Source: Ostrea edulis
Taxonomy: Eukaryota
Length of the DNA stretch: 64,000 bases
Assembly: GCF_947568905.1 (NCBI RefSeq)
Contig: NC_079170.1
Coordinates: 15,748,001-15,812,000, forward strand
Direction: 5' to 3'
A model generated the notes under the pieces. It saw only the letters and a program-made list of their open reading frames with translations. It had not been told where the DNA came from and did no database searches. Positions 24,752-38,600 of the stretch are shown in pieces (the stretch's first letter is position 1; the number at the start of each line of letters is the position of its first letter). The position numbers were made by a program, and so were the translations under genes.

Positions 24752-26999
24752 CTGAAATAAATATCTGAACAATAGATACTTTTTTTCAATGTCATTTTCT
24801 AACAGTAGAAGTTGATTTATACCAGAAATACAATAAGGTATTTTATTATGATTACATATAAGATGCTACAATCTCCAGTTTTTATGGGAACAGAGTCAAC
24901 TTCAATTGAGGATTGAATTTCAAATACATTTTATAACAATCATACTAAACATTCGGTGTGTTAGTCGGAGCTCAACATCAAGGTTTGTCAGACTGTCCAT
25001 GTCCAGCATATTTCTGATTAGGACATGTCATTTCTAGCGACACTTTTTCGATCGTGGAAATTCCGATATGAAAGTAATACAATGCACTTAGTTTTCATCT
25101 TGGTTTTCTTTGCCCTAAAGTTTGATTGTACTGATAAGCAGAACGTCGAGTCGGGTAAAATATCTCCACTATCATAAGTAAGAGTAAGAATGGATCTCCT
25201 AGGCACCTGATCCCACCTCTGGTGTGTCCAGGGGTCCGTGTTTGTCCAACTATCTATTTTGTATTGCTTATAGGAATTATGAGATTGTTCGTTATCTTCA
25301 CCTTGCATCTGACAATAGTCTTGTTTTACTACGAGTAATCTAGTCCCCTCTTCCCCCAAAAATAGAAAATTGAAAAAAGAAAAGAAAAGAGAACGTATGA
25401 AAATATAAATTAAAGCGCGAACGATTGTTTCAGAAAAGCTGGAGATCGGAGTTTCCAGGAATAACGCATTAGGTAGGGGAGAGTACCTCAGCTAGGGTGA
25501 TGGTTTGCAAGGTTTGTAGTGATGATAAAGAAAGCACTGATAAATTATTATCAAAAGGAGACGCGATTTGCACAGTATAAAATACACAGTGAGAATAAGC
25601 ATTATTCGACAATATTCGTTTGTTTCTGTAGAGGAAAAGACATTAAAGTTTCTTCCTTTTTTTCTCGGACAAGCCCAGAGTGTCTTCTGTTGAGAATTTG
25701 TTCAACGTACAAGTAAAAATATTCCTTACTGTTGAGCTTAGCAACTATTCTGCCACGGTTATTGGAAAGATCAAAGGAATACCGCGGTAATTATTCTACT
25801 ATATACCTTCATACGTATTTTAAAACTGATTATGAGAAATTTGTAATACATCTTGCTTGCACTTCGAGTTTTCCTAATGCTACGATAAAGTCGATGACTG
25901 ATAATTGAATTACCAATCAATATATGTTGTAAAACAAAACAATAAATTACTGAAGAACATTTGGCAGTCAGTATAAACCAATCCTCTGCATTCCGAGAGC
26001 GATACACACGTAAACACGGCGATGCATTACAGGCAAGTTTTCTGGAACTGTATTCAAAACAATTGATATAATCCGTTGACACCAAACTAGATACTAGAAA
26101 TATTTTTTCAAAATAGATTTAGAATACCCCTACCATCTCACCTTTTTCATAAGCAAAAACATAGTAGGTCGTTTCGAAAATGGCATGACGTCATATAGTG
26201 ACCTAATTCGTAGCTATATAGGAAAACGATCGACTGTATATTTCTGAGCCGTAGTAGAATAGAAATACATTTCTTGTTTTCGTGTATGCTGCAGGATAAC
26301 CTGCTTGGTCTCGACATTAATATTTCAAAACATTTCTCGACCTCGGACGTTATCCTGCAACATATACGAAAACACTTTCATTATTTCTTAAATCTGCAAT
26401 TTTTGAATTCTTGAAATTTTTTCATCTTAAGGAATGACTTTCAACAAATATTATTAATATTATTCATATAGTGTGTTGGAAGAGTTGATTTATGCTATTC
26501 AAAATACATACCGTCGAAATATCAATTTATTTCAAGGATGATTTAGCAAGTCACATTCTTAATCTTAGTGAAGTTTACTTACGTAAATATATTTGGGAAG
26601 AGCTCATCCTTCTCTGTTCGGATATTAGACGTAAAATGTCAGTGTGATATGTACGGAAAAAAGATAATTAAAAATTCAGAAATCGATGTCAGTGAGAGAA
26701 AGGAAATTGTTTTGTTGATGCTCTTCCTTGATTGAAAAAAAATTAATTATGAATGTTAAAGGTCATAATGACAATATTGGAAATATACAGCGTTCATGAC
26801 TGTCATCTGTTGCAATCAATTTGACAGAGCAGGTACGATTCAGCGCGGACGACCTTGAAAACATTAAGTGAAATTGTAGCTTTTGAAGAAAATTTCATTC
26901 CACTTTGTAGTTGCATGTATCATAACATATGTAATGGGCATCAGGCTTTAAAATGTAACAGACACGTATTATGAGAAAGACCAATCCCCCTTTGACAAT

Positions 27000-27420
27000 G
27001 ACCGTTATTTGGTTTTTTTTATAAAGGAAGTAAAAGATATTATGGGTGTCTCCCCAACAAACAAAGACACTGTATATGATGCGGCCTTCAATTCGACATT
27101 TAGATATATCGACGATGTATCATCTATTAACAATAATAATTTTCATTCATATGTCGATCCAATAGATCCCAGTGAACTCGAAATAAAAGACACCACAGAG
27201 TCACCCACGTCTCCTTCATACTTAGACATTTCATTGAAAGTAGATATTAAAGGCAAACTAACTACTCAACTTTATGACAAACTGGATGATTTCAAATTCT
27301 CCATATTTATGTAGCAATATTTCATTATCACCTGTATATGGTGTTTACATCTCTCAAATGATTCGATAGGCAAGAGGTTGTTCTGCGTATGATCAGTTTT
27401 TAAATCAAAGCATACTTCAA
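27000..27420 (+). mobile_element. Penelope-like element RT fragment
   Basis: ORF 27009-27314: FNSTFRYIDDV...LEIKDTTES...SYLDI...LYDKLDDF. A second, more decayed copy lies at ~28090-28740. Confidence 0.7.
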
Positions 27421-30367
27421 TTTTCGGAATTGTCAATTTTCAGAACAACATTATGCAAAGTTATTCAAGAGAATTTTTGAACATAAAGCTGCAAGAATTA
27501 GTTCACGAATGGAGTGAAATTAACAGAGAAAACGAAACATCTGAAAACAAAAATTAAATGAGAGAAGACAAGCGTACTGAATGCACTTGAAAGCATAAAT
27601 CATGCCGAAACGTTTGAGAAATTGAAGAAAAATTACCGTAGAGAAGGATATTTTTGTTCGAAAAATCAGAGTTACGTATATTGACTTGGAACCCAGCGAG
27701 AAAGGCAACATTAGAATAAATCTTGGATTAGAAAGGATTTAAATGTTGTCTGACGTGTTTCATACGGGTTCTTGGCACACTGATTTTGGAGTTATCCGTA
27801 GTCAAAATCAGTGTGCCAAGAACAGCCTAACAATCGGTATGAAACATGTCAGACAGCATTTGACCCAATGATGCATTGTATTGACGAACTAGATCGTTAT
27901 AGCGATCAAATCAATAACAACAAAACAAAACTTTTTAACACTTTACACCACCATACCTTACGATGATTTAACGACTAGACATTTTGTTATCATAGGCAGT
28001 TGCTTTTTGAACATCTGTGGAATATGTATATCTAATGATCAGTCATTAAAAAAAACTTTGTTCAACACCACTCTGATTCTACGCAAAAGTACTATGAAGT
28101 TGATATTTAAAAATGGTGGAGTTACTCATCGACAATATCTTTCCATGGATACGGATGATGTTTCTTTGTAAACTGACCTGTTTTTATATTCTTGCAAGGC
28201 AGACTTTTTTCACTAACTTCTACATTAGAAGGAAAAATCTCTTGCTGTGTCTCTCAACTCGACATTTAGATAAATCAATGGCATTTTATCTATTAATAAT
28301 CATTTTCATTCATATGTCGATTCCATATATCATTGTGAACGCGAAATAAAAGATATGACATAGTCTTCCACATCTGCTTCGTAGTTCGATGTTTTATTGA
28401 ACATAGATGTTAACAGCATACCAACAACTCCATTTTATGACAAACAAGATGACCTCAGCTTCTCCATCGTCTACTTCTCATATTGATGTAGCGATATTCC
28501 ATTATCAAGTACACATGGGGTTTCTGTCTCCCAGCAAATTCGATCCACAAGAGCTTCTTCTGCGTATGATCAGTTTCTAAATCGAGAAGACTACTGCCAA
28601 ACATGGTGATGTTACAGGGATTTCAACAGTCTCATTTAAAATTAGCGTTTCGCTAATGCTATGGTTGCTATATGTTGTATTCCTTATGGGAGTAATGAGA
28701 TTGATCATTGTTTATTATGTTCATCTTTGCATACATGTAAGTCTGAATTGCCTTGGAGTGAGGAATATATCAAATGATGCATGATTTTGAAAATTTAGAA
28801 AAATTGATGACATTCAATTACCCCACGCTTCTAACAATACATATATATAAAGCACATGATATTTCACTTTATATGGATACCACTTCCGCCCCTAAACGGA
28901 GTTGAACTCACGACCTGCGGAACCAACACGCTAGACCGCGCAAGAAGTAAAAAAACCCTTGCTTTCAATGATGATTGAATTCTTGCCACGCTGTCACACG
29001 CGAATGGAAGTGAGATACAGTTATTTAACATACATTTAAGAGAATCATACAATATACAAATTGCATTGAAATATTNNNNNNNNNNNNNNNNNNNNNNNNN
29101 NNNNNNNNNNNNNNNNNNNNNNNNNNNNNNNNNNNNNNNNNNNNNNNNNNNNNNNNNNNNNNNNNNNNNNNNNNNNNNNNNNNNNNNNNNNNNNNNNNNN
29201 NNNNNNNNNNNNNNNNNNNNNNNNNNNNNNNNNNNNNNNNNNNNNNNNNNNNNNNNNNNNNNNNNNNNNNNNNNNNNNNNNNNNATCGAGAACAGGTACA
29301 CACTGACCCTTGAAAATAAAATAAAAATTATGGACCCCCCCAAACAACCCAAGACACAAACATAAATAAATCAAGAAAAGAATCAACTGAGTTATTATCA
29401 ACAAACTAGGATGGTCAATTAGAAAGTAAATATAAAACAATATCACGTACGTCTTGTCAGTCTAACCAGTTGGTATATGCATAGATCGAATAGAAGAAGA
29501 TAGCCAGGGAAACAGCTTATGTCATCAAATTATATCTGGATAAGCAAACAAAAAAGTAACGATGCATGCCGACTCAATGATTATCATACAAAGATTAAGA
29601 ATTGATATTGAAATTGTTCACTCATATATCCTCCTTTTAAACTGGATAAGTCCAGAGTGCAACATTATGGATCATGTTCAAATAAATTGATAGATGCGTG
29701 CACGGATCAGTTTAATGTTATATTTCTGACCCAAATATACGTAGGCGTGTCCTGAATGAATTCTAAAAATGATAAATGACATCGAATGGAGGAATTGAAT
29801 CAGGTCGTGTGCATCTTGTACTTTGTGTATAATTATGGCAAATTCATAAATTCATAATTTCCAATTCTAAATATATAACTAATAAGTGCAACGATCATTA
29901 ACGATATAAAACAATTTAAATGTAAGATCATTTTAGCCCTAATGATAAAAACAGGCATTGACCTACATCTGTTTGATAAAGGAAATTGATGATATCCTCT
30001 ATTTCATACTTTCAACTTTATGGATGAGCAAAGTTCAATAGCTGTGTGATCCAATTCTATTTTTCTGCTGATCTTTGCTGGTAATGAACTTTGTCTTTTG
30101 GCATCATCTTAGAATGTACCACCCTTATAGAAAACAGCCAAAAGAACATACGATGTTATCATTACTATACACTATATGTAACACTCCAACAAAAGTTCCA
30201 ATAAGTAATACAGTTACCATTTAGATAATGAATAAATCTCTGATATTATTCACAATTGATTAATTGGCAATCATTGATTTGTAAAGAGTGGGGTGTTTAT
30301 CAAGATCCTGCATCTGCCTCTCTTGGGAATTATACTGCAGAAATGAATACCAGCTGGAACATAATAC

Positions 30368-33085
30368 TCAATATATATCATTCATTGAATTATTCATAAC
30401 ATTGTCCGGTCGTTTTTCAAGTTCATAATATCTTTTGCTTTCATCACTTCCCCTTCGTGCTGCATTTTCGTTAAGATAACTCCCCACTGATGATCGGCTA
30501 CTTCCCCTTGAAGTTTTGTTGATGATAGAATTATCTGAGTCACTACTCGTTCTTGAACTTAGTTTCTAAATGAAACTTGTTGAATGAAAGTAGTACACTT
30601 TATCACTGAGTTCATGATATACGTTCGAGCTCCTCGATCGGACACTTATCGGGCTCCTGTCGTAAAGTGATGGTACTTGTGTTGCTTTTACAGCCATCTG
30701 TTAACGACAAAACAAATCTGTAATGTACGCGTTATCATCTGTACAACGTCTACATACATCAATAATTCAATATTTTACAAGACTTCAGAAAGAGTTGTAT
30801 ATTACCTGAAATGATGCAATCATAGTCTTTCTCAATAAATATCTATAATCTTTCAACCTGTTTTAACTTTATTACGACGTGTTTCATGAGAGGTCTTAAA
30901 CAATAGTTGATGATTTTCAAACAAAATGCTAAGTCTATGCTAGCTAATTATAGCTCTTTTTACGTTGACAGTGTCTTCGACATCACTATACGGTTGAAAA
31001 TTATCTAGGATGATTGTTTGGTTTGGGTTTGTGTGTTGTCTCTGGTAACGGCCATTTAGCTTTGAACAGTGACGAATATCATGTAGTTACATATTCAAAA
31101 GTAATTCATAATAAGTAAAGCAGACAAAAAAAAAAAAAAAAAAAAAAAAAGGATTGTTTTTTTTCAAGTGACAAATGTTCATGATGAGATAAATGAAGAA
31201 AGGAAGATATAATGATAAAGTCAACATATCCTTCTGAGATACTGACCTTGAGCTTTGCTTGTACCATCGTACGGCTAGGGTAAGTAATATATCAACGACA
31301 CAACCTTCTACTCCACAGCTGAGGGCCAGAGTCAAATCTAGACATAGGTTTGAAATAACAATCTTAATGACCATACATACATTTATTTGCATTAATATTA
31401 ATATTTACTGCTTTTTGTTTACATCATGTCCATTTTCGGATTGACAAAAAAACCCAAAAAAACCAAAATCACGCATTTGAACAAAATGCATGCAAAATGT
31501 GAATGTTTACTACAAAATAATTATAAACGATAAAACCTGATGTCACAACAGTTTGGCTGCTACGGACTGTTTTTTGTGGTGGAGAAATTTTGTAAAGATA
31601 CAACTAAAAACTTTAATATCCTTTAATCATGAAACGGTGCACTTTGGCAATTTGATAATGAAATAACAAAAACAAAGTTTTACGAATACATTTGATGGAC
31701 TCTGGTGCAAGGTAAAGATAACGAACAGAGATCAATCTCATAACTCCTATAAGCAATACAAAAGAGATACGCAGCAGGGTTAAGGTGTCCCGAGTAAAGT
31801 TAAACAAACATCATAAAATGTACCTCGGTGCACTTCATACTACATATGACGTCACAATATAAAAGTACGTCACGACGTACAGGTCTATAGTTGTATCGCG
31901 GGGAAAATGTCATAATATTTTTTCGCTATTTATTGCCGTTATCTAGTGTTCAAGCTGTATGTGTTTTGATCTGTTTGTCAGATGACCCCCCCCCCCCCAA
32001 TTTCTTCGATAACATATAAGTCTCATATATTTATATATAATATGTGCACGAAAGACTGTAAAGTAATCTTTACATCACTTTGTGACCTTGATATCGCCCC
32101 CGATGTGTATAGTGATTTGGAATAAAGAAAACCAACGCATGTACATATCGACTCGTTACAGATGAAAGATGACGATATTTTATTTCGACTTAGGCATACT
32201 CAAAAAGATAACTAGTTGCATATTTGGGATTTTGATACGGAAGGTACAATATTTTGCCTCGTTTAGATAGGATTTGGATGTGAATGTGGAAAATGCCCAA
32301 CATTTGAGTTGATATTATGGAAATTACTATATTTGAGAGGATATTGTAGCGATCCGTATCACTTTTTAAATTTACCATATCAATGTCGACATATCAAGCC
32401 CAAGCTGCAAATGATTTGAGTGCATCTTTCACCTGTAACGAGGTGATAAACAACTAAAAGTCTAGCGGATAAAAATAGCTCTACGTCACTTGTATGACGA
32501 CGTAATAGGTAAGCAAAGGATTTCCCCACGTGATACGATGTTTGTTAATGTATTGACAAACGATTTTTACTAAAAATATGCGACGCTTGAAAGAATTTTA
32601 CTTTTATATGAACATGCTGTTATTACTTGTTATTTTACTCGGGACACCTTAACTCCGCTGTGTAGTTGGGCAAACATGGACCCCTGGACACACCAGAGGT
32701 GGGGTCAGGTGCCTAGGAGGAGTAAGCATCTCCTGTTGACCGGTCACACCCGCCGTGAGCCCTATATCTTGATCAGGTAAACGGAGTTATCCGGTCTATC
32801 GGAATGCATCATTATCAATTTAGATGTGTGGCTACAATAATAAGAAATAAGCTCTCTGAGATGAAAGCAGATATACGTTCAAATGATGTACAGTAAATAT
32901 AATTTTTTATGTCAATGTAAGTCATCACAACTCTTTGAGAAAAGTATGATGTATCATATTTCATTAGAAGCAACAAAAATGGCTATAACGTTACAGGTAT
33001 GAGTGTCTTTTTTGAATTTCCCTGAAAATTGTGGATATTTTCTTCTGAATCTATGTTTGACGTGAACATATCATATATTAGGTAT

Positions 33086-33134
<49 letters not shown>

Positions 33135-35515
33135 TCTTTCTTTAAATTTACATCGCAGCACGGTTTTCAGCCTTCTATCGAATAGATAGTCAACGTTTAC
33201 AATAAGATACTTCGGTTTGGTACAGATATTGTTTTCTTGTTGTCAATTAGCATCTACTTGTACGCTAATCACTGTTGTAAATGATCTTTCTCTGTATGGT
33301 GATCGAATAATTTTAAAATAGATTAAAACAAAGATACTATATCCGAATATTAATGATTTACCAAGTAAGCATTGTCCTGTTCATTTTCAAATACATTTCT
33401 CACTGGGGAAAGGGGGGTGTTTAATTGCCTTTCAACAAAGCCAAAAAAAAAAAAAAAAATCATACGTCACATTTTACCACATGACGTCAGTCACATTGAC
33501 ACGTGGATCACGATTTGTCACTTCCTTATATATTTTCTTGTGTTGGATTTACTATTAGTGACAACTTTGCATGCAAGGGTAAGTTTTGATGTAGTAGAAA
33601 TTTCCTCAGAGTTAAAAGCCGCAAATTATTGCTTTTTCTGATATTTTAAGACTTACTTTGGGTAGATCTAGGCCTAAACAATGCAATTTCCCGTATTTTC
33701 CCAATCTGTCGGAGATGAGCAACTTCAAAATCGAACTTTAAAGGGCAGCGAAATACGGATTGCATGCCTAGTCTACAAATATTTTCTGTCATGGCAAACT
33801 TCAGCTTCAATACAATAATTTAATAAAGGGGCTAGGCTCTGTTGAACTAAGACAAATTGACAACGAGTTAAGATGGCGACTTTCACGGCTACATGTAGAC
33901 GCTTCGTTGTTGTTGCTAAGTGAATCATTGCGCGGCTCAGTTGACTTGTATTTTTCCGAGTTTATGTACATTTTGATAAACGAAGGTAAGTATATTTGTC
34001 TCCTGCATTAAATTATCAGGAATTACTTTAATTCTGGGTCACGTTATACTAATATAACCTGGTTTGGGTCAGTTTAAGCTTTTTATAATCCGTTTCGCGG
34101 AATTGTTTTATCAAATACTCGTCCTCTGTTTGCAAATAAATGATTACCTGGATGATTTGCTAAATCACCAATGCTTGAAACGCCAATTACAGTGACATCG
34201 TCTGCAAAATGATACATAAGCAAAATGATACATAAGCAATCTTTAGATGCGGATTGCACTCACACGCACGCACACACATACACACACATTCCCTTTTTAT
34301 CTGAGTAAAATTTCAAATTCTGAACACTTTCTTGAATTTTTGCAACCGTGTTACTGGTCTTCCTCAGTCGTGAACCACGATTTGGATGGCTATCAACATC
34401 AAGAATTTGGAAGTTGCAGATTTTCAAAAATTTACTTTATAAATGCAGATGTTGATATATACATGTATGTCAGAAATAAGTCTTATATTCTATGAGCTAA
34501 TCATACCATTATCTACGTCCCTCAACCTTCATCAATCGGGAGGCTGTGCATTCGAGTCATGTTCGAGCCATGGCCGTGTCAGGTAACATTGCTTCCTCGT
34601 CAAACGCTTGACATTTAGTGAGAATCACGGGTCTTTCGGAAAAGACCTTAAAAACGGAGGTCCCATGTCAAGGCAACCGTTGGCATGTTAAAGCACACGT
34701 ACTGCCACGGCCCTGAGCGCTAACCATAGGTCTAAATCTGTTGTATATAATCTACAGTTGTTATGTGTATCAGTAAAAAATTATCGACGAGACGTAAAAC
34801 AAACAACAAAATCAATCAATCCATAACACGACACAGAAACCTAAAAGATTGTCATTGAAAAACTTACCATTTTGATGTCTTAAATCACAGGTTATAGAGA
34901 TCCAGGTCAAAATGCACCTTGGTACATTACAGTGTTTTGCGTTGAAAATGGAGGTGTTACTTCGTTGGTTCAGCAGAAGCTCTAGGGTGTAGTTGACACA
35001 ATGTGCCTGATCGTAAAGATCTGGGTTGATCTCGAATTGGCCCGTACAGTTTATTGTACAGACCCTGACTATAGAAATGAAGGAATACCGTGTTCAACGA
35101 ATTTCTTAAGCTGAAGTTAAAATAATAATTACTGGTGAATGTAATATCTGAAATGTTTTAGTTTGAACCATTTTCTTGAAGTTTGTCAATAGGGCAGCGC
35201 TGTTGTAATAATCCGTCGTGAATGTTGATTACATCCTCAAAGCACAAGTTCCACTTTAACCTGGGAAGTGGAATTCAGAAATCATCGTTAGGGTAACTGC
35301 GGATCAAATTTAGAGGAAATTCATGGGTGCATATTTAAGTATGTCAATAAATTCTAGAACATAGAAACATATCAACGTGTTTTAATTGATACTCTCGTAA
35401 CATATGGTGTGTAGTTTTAATCTTTGTTATTCAAAGTATGGAACTCACGACTTGAAGACAGTTGATGCCATAGAGAATATACCGCCTCCAGCTATCTTGG
35501 CCCAAACCAATAGAT
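30368..35515 (-). pseudogene. Cys-rich single-pass membrane protein, paralog A' (5'-truncated, tail-disrupted duplicate of B)
   Basis: Exons 35515-35449, 35260-35169, 35068-34868, 31337-31247 (TM with E and D), 31041-30964 (19-bp deletion, stop TAG at 31007-31005) and 30697-30368 (CAG>TAG at 30568-30566). Intron 1 is cut by the transposon at 35690. Confidence 0.75.
31770..32662. mobile_element. ~0.9-kb MITE inserted into a Penelope 3' repeat
   Basis: Perfect inverted repeat TTAAGGTGTCCCGAGTAAA (starting 31780 / ending 32652), extended outward by 10 imperfect bp and flanked by TA (31768-69, 32663-64). Removing TA-to-TA restores the host repeat seen uninterrupted at ~41280. Confidence 0.8.
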
Positions 35516-35689
35516 CTGAAATAAAGGTTGTCATGAAATCTTTACATATTATGAATTCATAAATGACAAGCTTGCCATTTATACAAAAATTTTGTAGGCT
35601 GATAAGAATATAACTTGTATAAGATCTGCATGTTTTCAAAAGAAAACAACCCTGTAATTTGAGCAATGCAATAAAATATTGTGTAGAAA

Positions 35690-38600
35690 GAGCTAGAGCC
35701 ACGAAAGGTCAAAATCGGCCCATTCTTTGAATTTAATGAAATTGTCCAAATAGAATCTTATGACAATGTACTTCATGAAAAAATATAATATAGCATGATA
35801 TTGCTTACTTTGATGGAAAGGGTTACTTGGAAAGTTGTCTTTGTATAACGTTGTGTCGGCAGACGTTAACGTCATTAAAACATGTACGAGGGTTGTCTCA
35901 AAATTCCGTGGACAAGCGGCGTTTTTCAATAATCTAACGTCACTGAGAAATTAAACTTTTACAACATGAAGAGCAAACAGTTTTAAATAAAAAATATGTA
36001 AAAACAAAATTAATATTACATTTGTAATTGACATTGAATAGGAAAAATTCAGGTTTTTCATTATAGGGAACCATAAATCGGCGCAGGGTAAAAAAAAAAA
36101 GGGGGGGGGGTTAATATAATCGAAAAGAAATTACAATCGCTGGAGAAAAAACCCCACACTTTGTTCATTTTATTTCTGACAGTATATTTTTATAGAGGAA
36201 TTTTGTTTAGATATTCATTTATATACCTGGAAAATGTTTATCAGTATGACGGAATATTTAAATGAATTATGATATATCGTGCGACAGTTAGATGCAAATA
36301 TCCAGCGAAATGATGACGCTATTCGGGGAAAAAAGACGTCGGACCGTACGAAATATCGAAGAAATTTTGGGAATCAGCAAATCGTCTGTTCACTGCAGTC
36401 TATCGGATAATTCATGAATGCATATAGTATGTGCACGTTAGGTACTTCGGGTTTTAAAAATGAAGAAAATCAAAGAAGGATTTTATGTTCGAAGGATTTC
36501 CTCGATCAGACGCGCGAACACCGCGAGAAAATGTTGACGTCGCAGGTTGCGTCGCCGAGTACAACTTTATCGTAAATAATTAATTTTCTCAAAAAGGTAA
36601 ATAAAAGTGCAAATTTCAAAAATACCCGAAATCTTGCATTTGGTGGGACCACGACCATTTTTGGTCACGGGCGCTTACACAAAAAGCAATGCGAGTGGCT
36701 CTTTGATGTGGATGGAATACACAACGAGACAGATGGGGGACTTGTGAGTACACTACTAGGTCTAGGACGTTTCGGTGTTGGGCAGTAGTTGTCGTCAGCT
36801 CCTTCTTCCGATTTAGAATTTGTAGATTTTCTGTCCGAAGCGTAGTATTTGTGTCTACATGCATTGCACAATGTGTCATGTTCATGTTTGACAGAGATAA
36901 AAAAGTGTTTTTGCAGAAAGCGAATTTCAGGTTTAGTTATTTTCCTTCTTTCTCGTGGCTTTGTTCTTTTGTTGCATAAAACACATGGAAAATACTTAGG
37001 TCCTGTTCCAGGCATTCTAAAATAAACGAATATTCAACTTTATCTATATTTTATGGTTTACGCGGTTTATAATATCGTTCAGCAGCTGTCTTTACATTAC
37101 ACGCATTTTATAATTAAGCTCAGCGTTTAACATTATATCGGATATACATACTGAAATGTACAGCTTAATTTACTGTACTGTGTACTAATCAGGGAAAGGA
37201 GTTGTCACGCGTAAAAAGGGGGGGGGGGTGAAGAATTTTTACCGGTGGGGTGGGGATTGCAATCCCCAAACAAATCTACCACTGCTTTTGAATTCATTAA
37301 TCAAAACTAATTAACCAATTTCATACACAGAAAACAATATCATATTTTTCGTAATATACAGGTTATTTTGCGTGGTAATCAAAACTGAGTTCTTGCTTCT
37401 TAAATAACTTTATACATTTCTGGTTACTCGTATATATTGGGGGAAAAGTACAGTTGTCAGGGGATTCGAACTACGAACCCTTCGCTTGTAGATCTAGTGC
37501 GTTAACCACTGCGCCACTGTGACTTACTTTTTTGCACGTATAAGTTATATATAACTCTTTATTAAGCTACAATTTATATATAATATGTCTGTAATATTCA
37601 ACAAGATTTTTTTTGTATCATAAACATTACGTTGTAGGTAAGTATTTTGATATTATCTACGAACATACAACATTAATTTCATATTTATATTTATCTGCAC
37701 GGCTTAGTTATAGATCTAAATAGGCTCGTCTTGTAACAAGAACTTCAATCGTCTGCGAAATCCTATAGGCCTATCTTTAGGTTCACTAACTCGTTTTAAA
37801 TGTTATATTTGGGGGATGGTTATTAAACATGGGAAAAATACGATACTGTACTTTACTCAAGATATCAAAGTATAATTCGATGATCATAAAACTAGCCCAT
37901 GTACTGAGCACGGCATGTTGACGCCCAGTCCCAGCCATTTGTTTACATGTCAGATGTATACATCGGCGATCTGTCAAAACAGTGGCGGATCTGGTATTTT
38001 TTTTTAAAGAGAGTGAGTGTTTAAAGGCTTTAGAATTTTATTTCACACCCTTTCCGCAGCATTTCTTCTAAAGGTTGGTAAAAAAAAAAGTTAAAATGGG
38101 GGCTAGTGATTCTTGACCAACACTCCAAATTGCTATTCCTAAAACCTAAGACGAAATCTAGGTACCGCAGTATACCGTATAGGCCTATCTAGAGCAAAAA
38201 GGGACTGAAATGTTGATCATATGTTTTTATATATAAAGCCAAGTCGTTAAATAATAAATTTAGGTAACAAACTGTAATCACTTACCTATTAACTCTGGAA
38301 TTCTGGAGGAATTGTTGTTTTAAAAATTCGTGCCGCTGAATCCGGTCCGTTTACGGTTTTGATTTTATAAATTATAACAAGAACTATTTAATTAATTTCG
38401 ATATGAGCAAGATTACAACCACGAAAAGTTTTATACAGAAAAATATTGTGTATTCAGACAACTCATTGTCCAAATATCGTCATGGTTTACGTTATTGCTC
38501 GTAGTAAAATAAGTTCAATTCAAATGCTATGTTGATCGAATTATCTCCCTATGATTGTAGAGCGTTTTCATGTTTACATTTATGTGACAGTTAAACATCA

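Larger units (their letters stand above)
29986..35689. repeat. Segmental duplication unit (paralogous to 39302-42907)
   Basis: Colinear similarity from the 3' flank through exons 7 to 2 of the receptor gene. This copy carries ~2.4 kb of extra sequence at ~31670-34110. Block 29441-29985 is also duplicated at 58982-59525. Confidence 0.85.

Noticed and set aside
28880-28945. tRNA-like sequence on the minus strand (GGTCTAGCG...GTTCAACTC)
   Set aside because: Only box-like motifs, no cloverleaf; probably a SINE or TE relic.
37455-37523. Functional tRNA-Val(TAC) gene
   Set aside because: The acceptor, anticodon and T stems are mispaired, and the sequence lies within a transposon.
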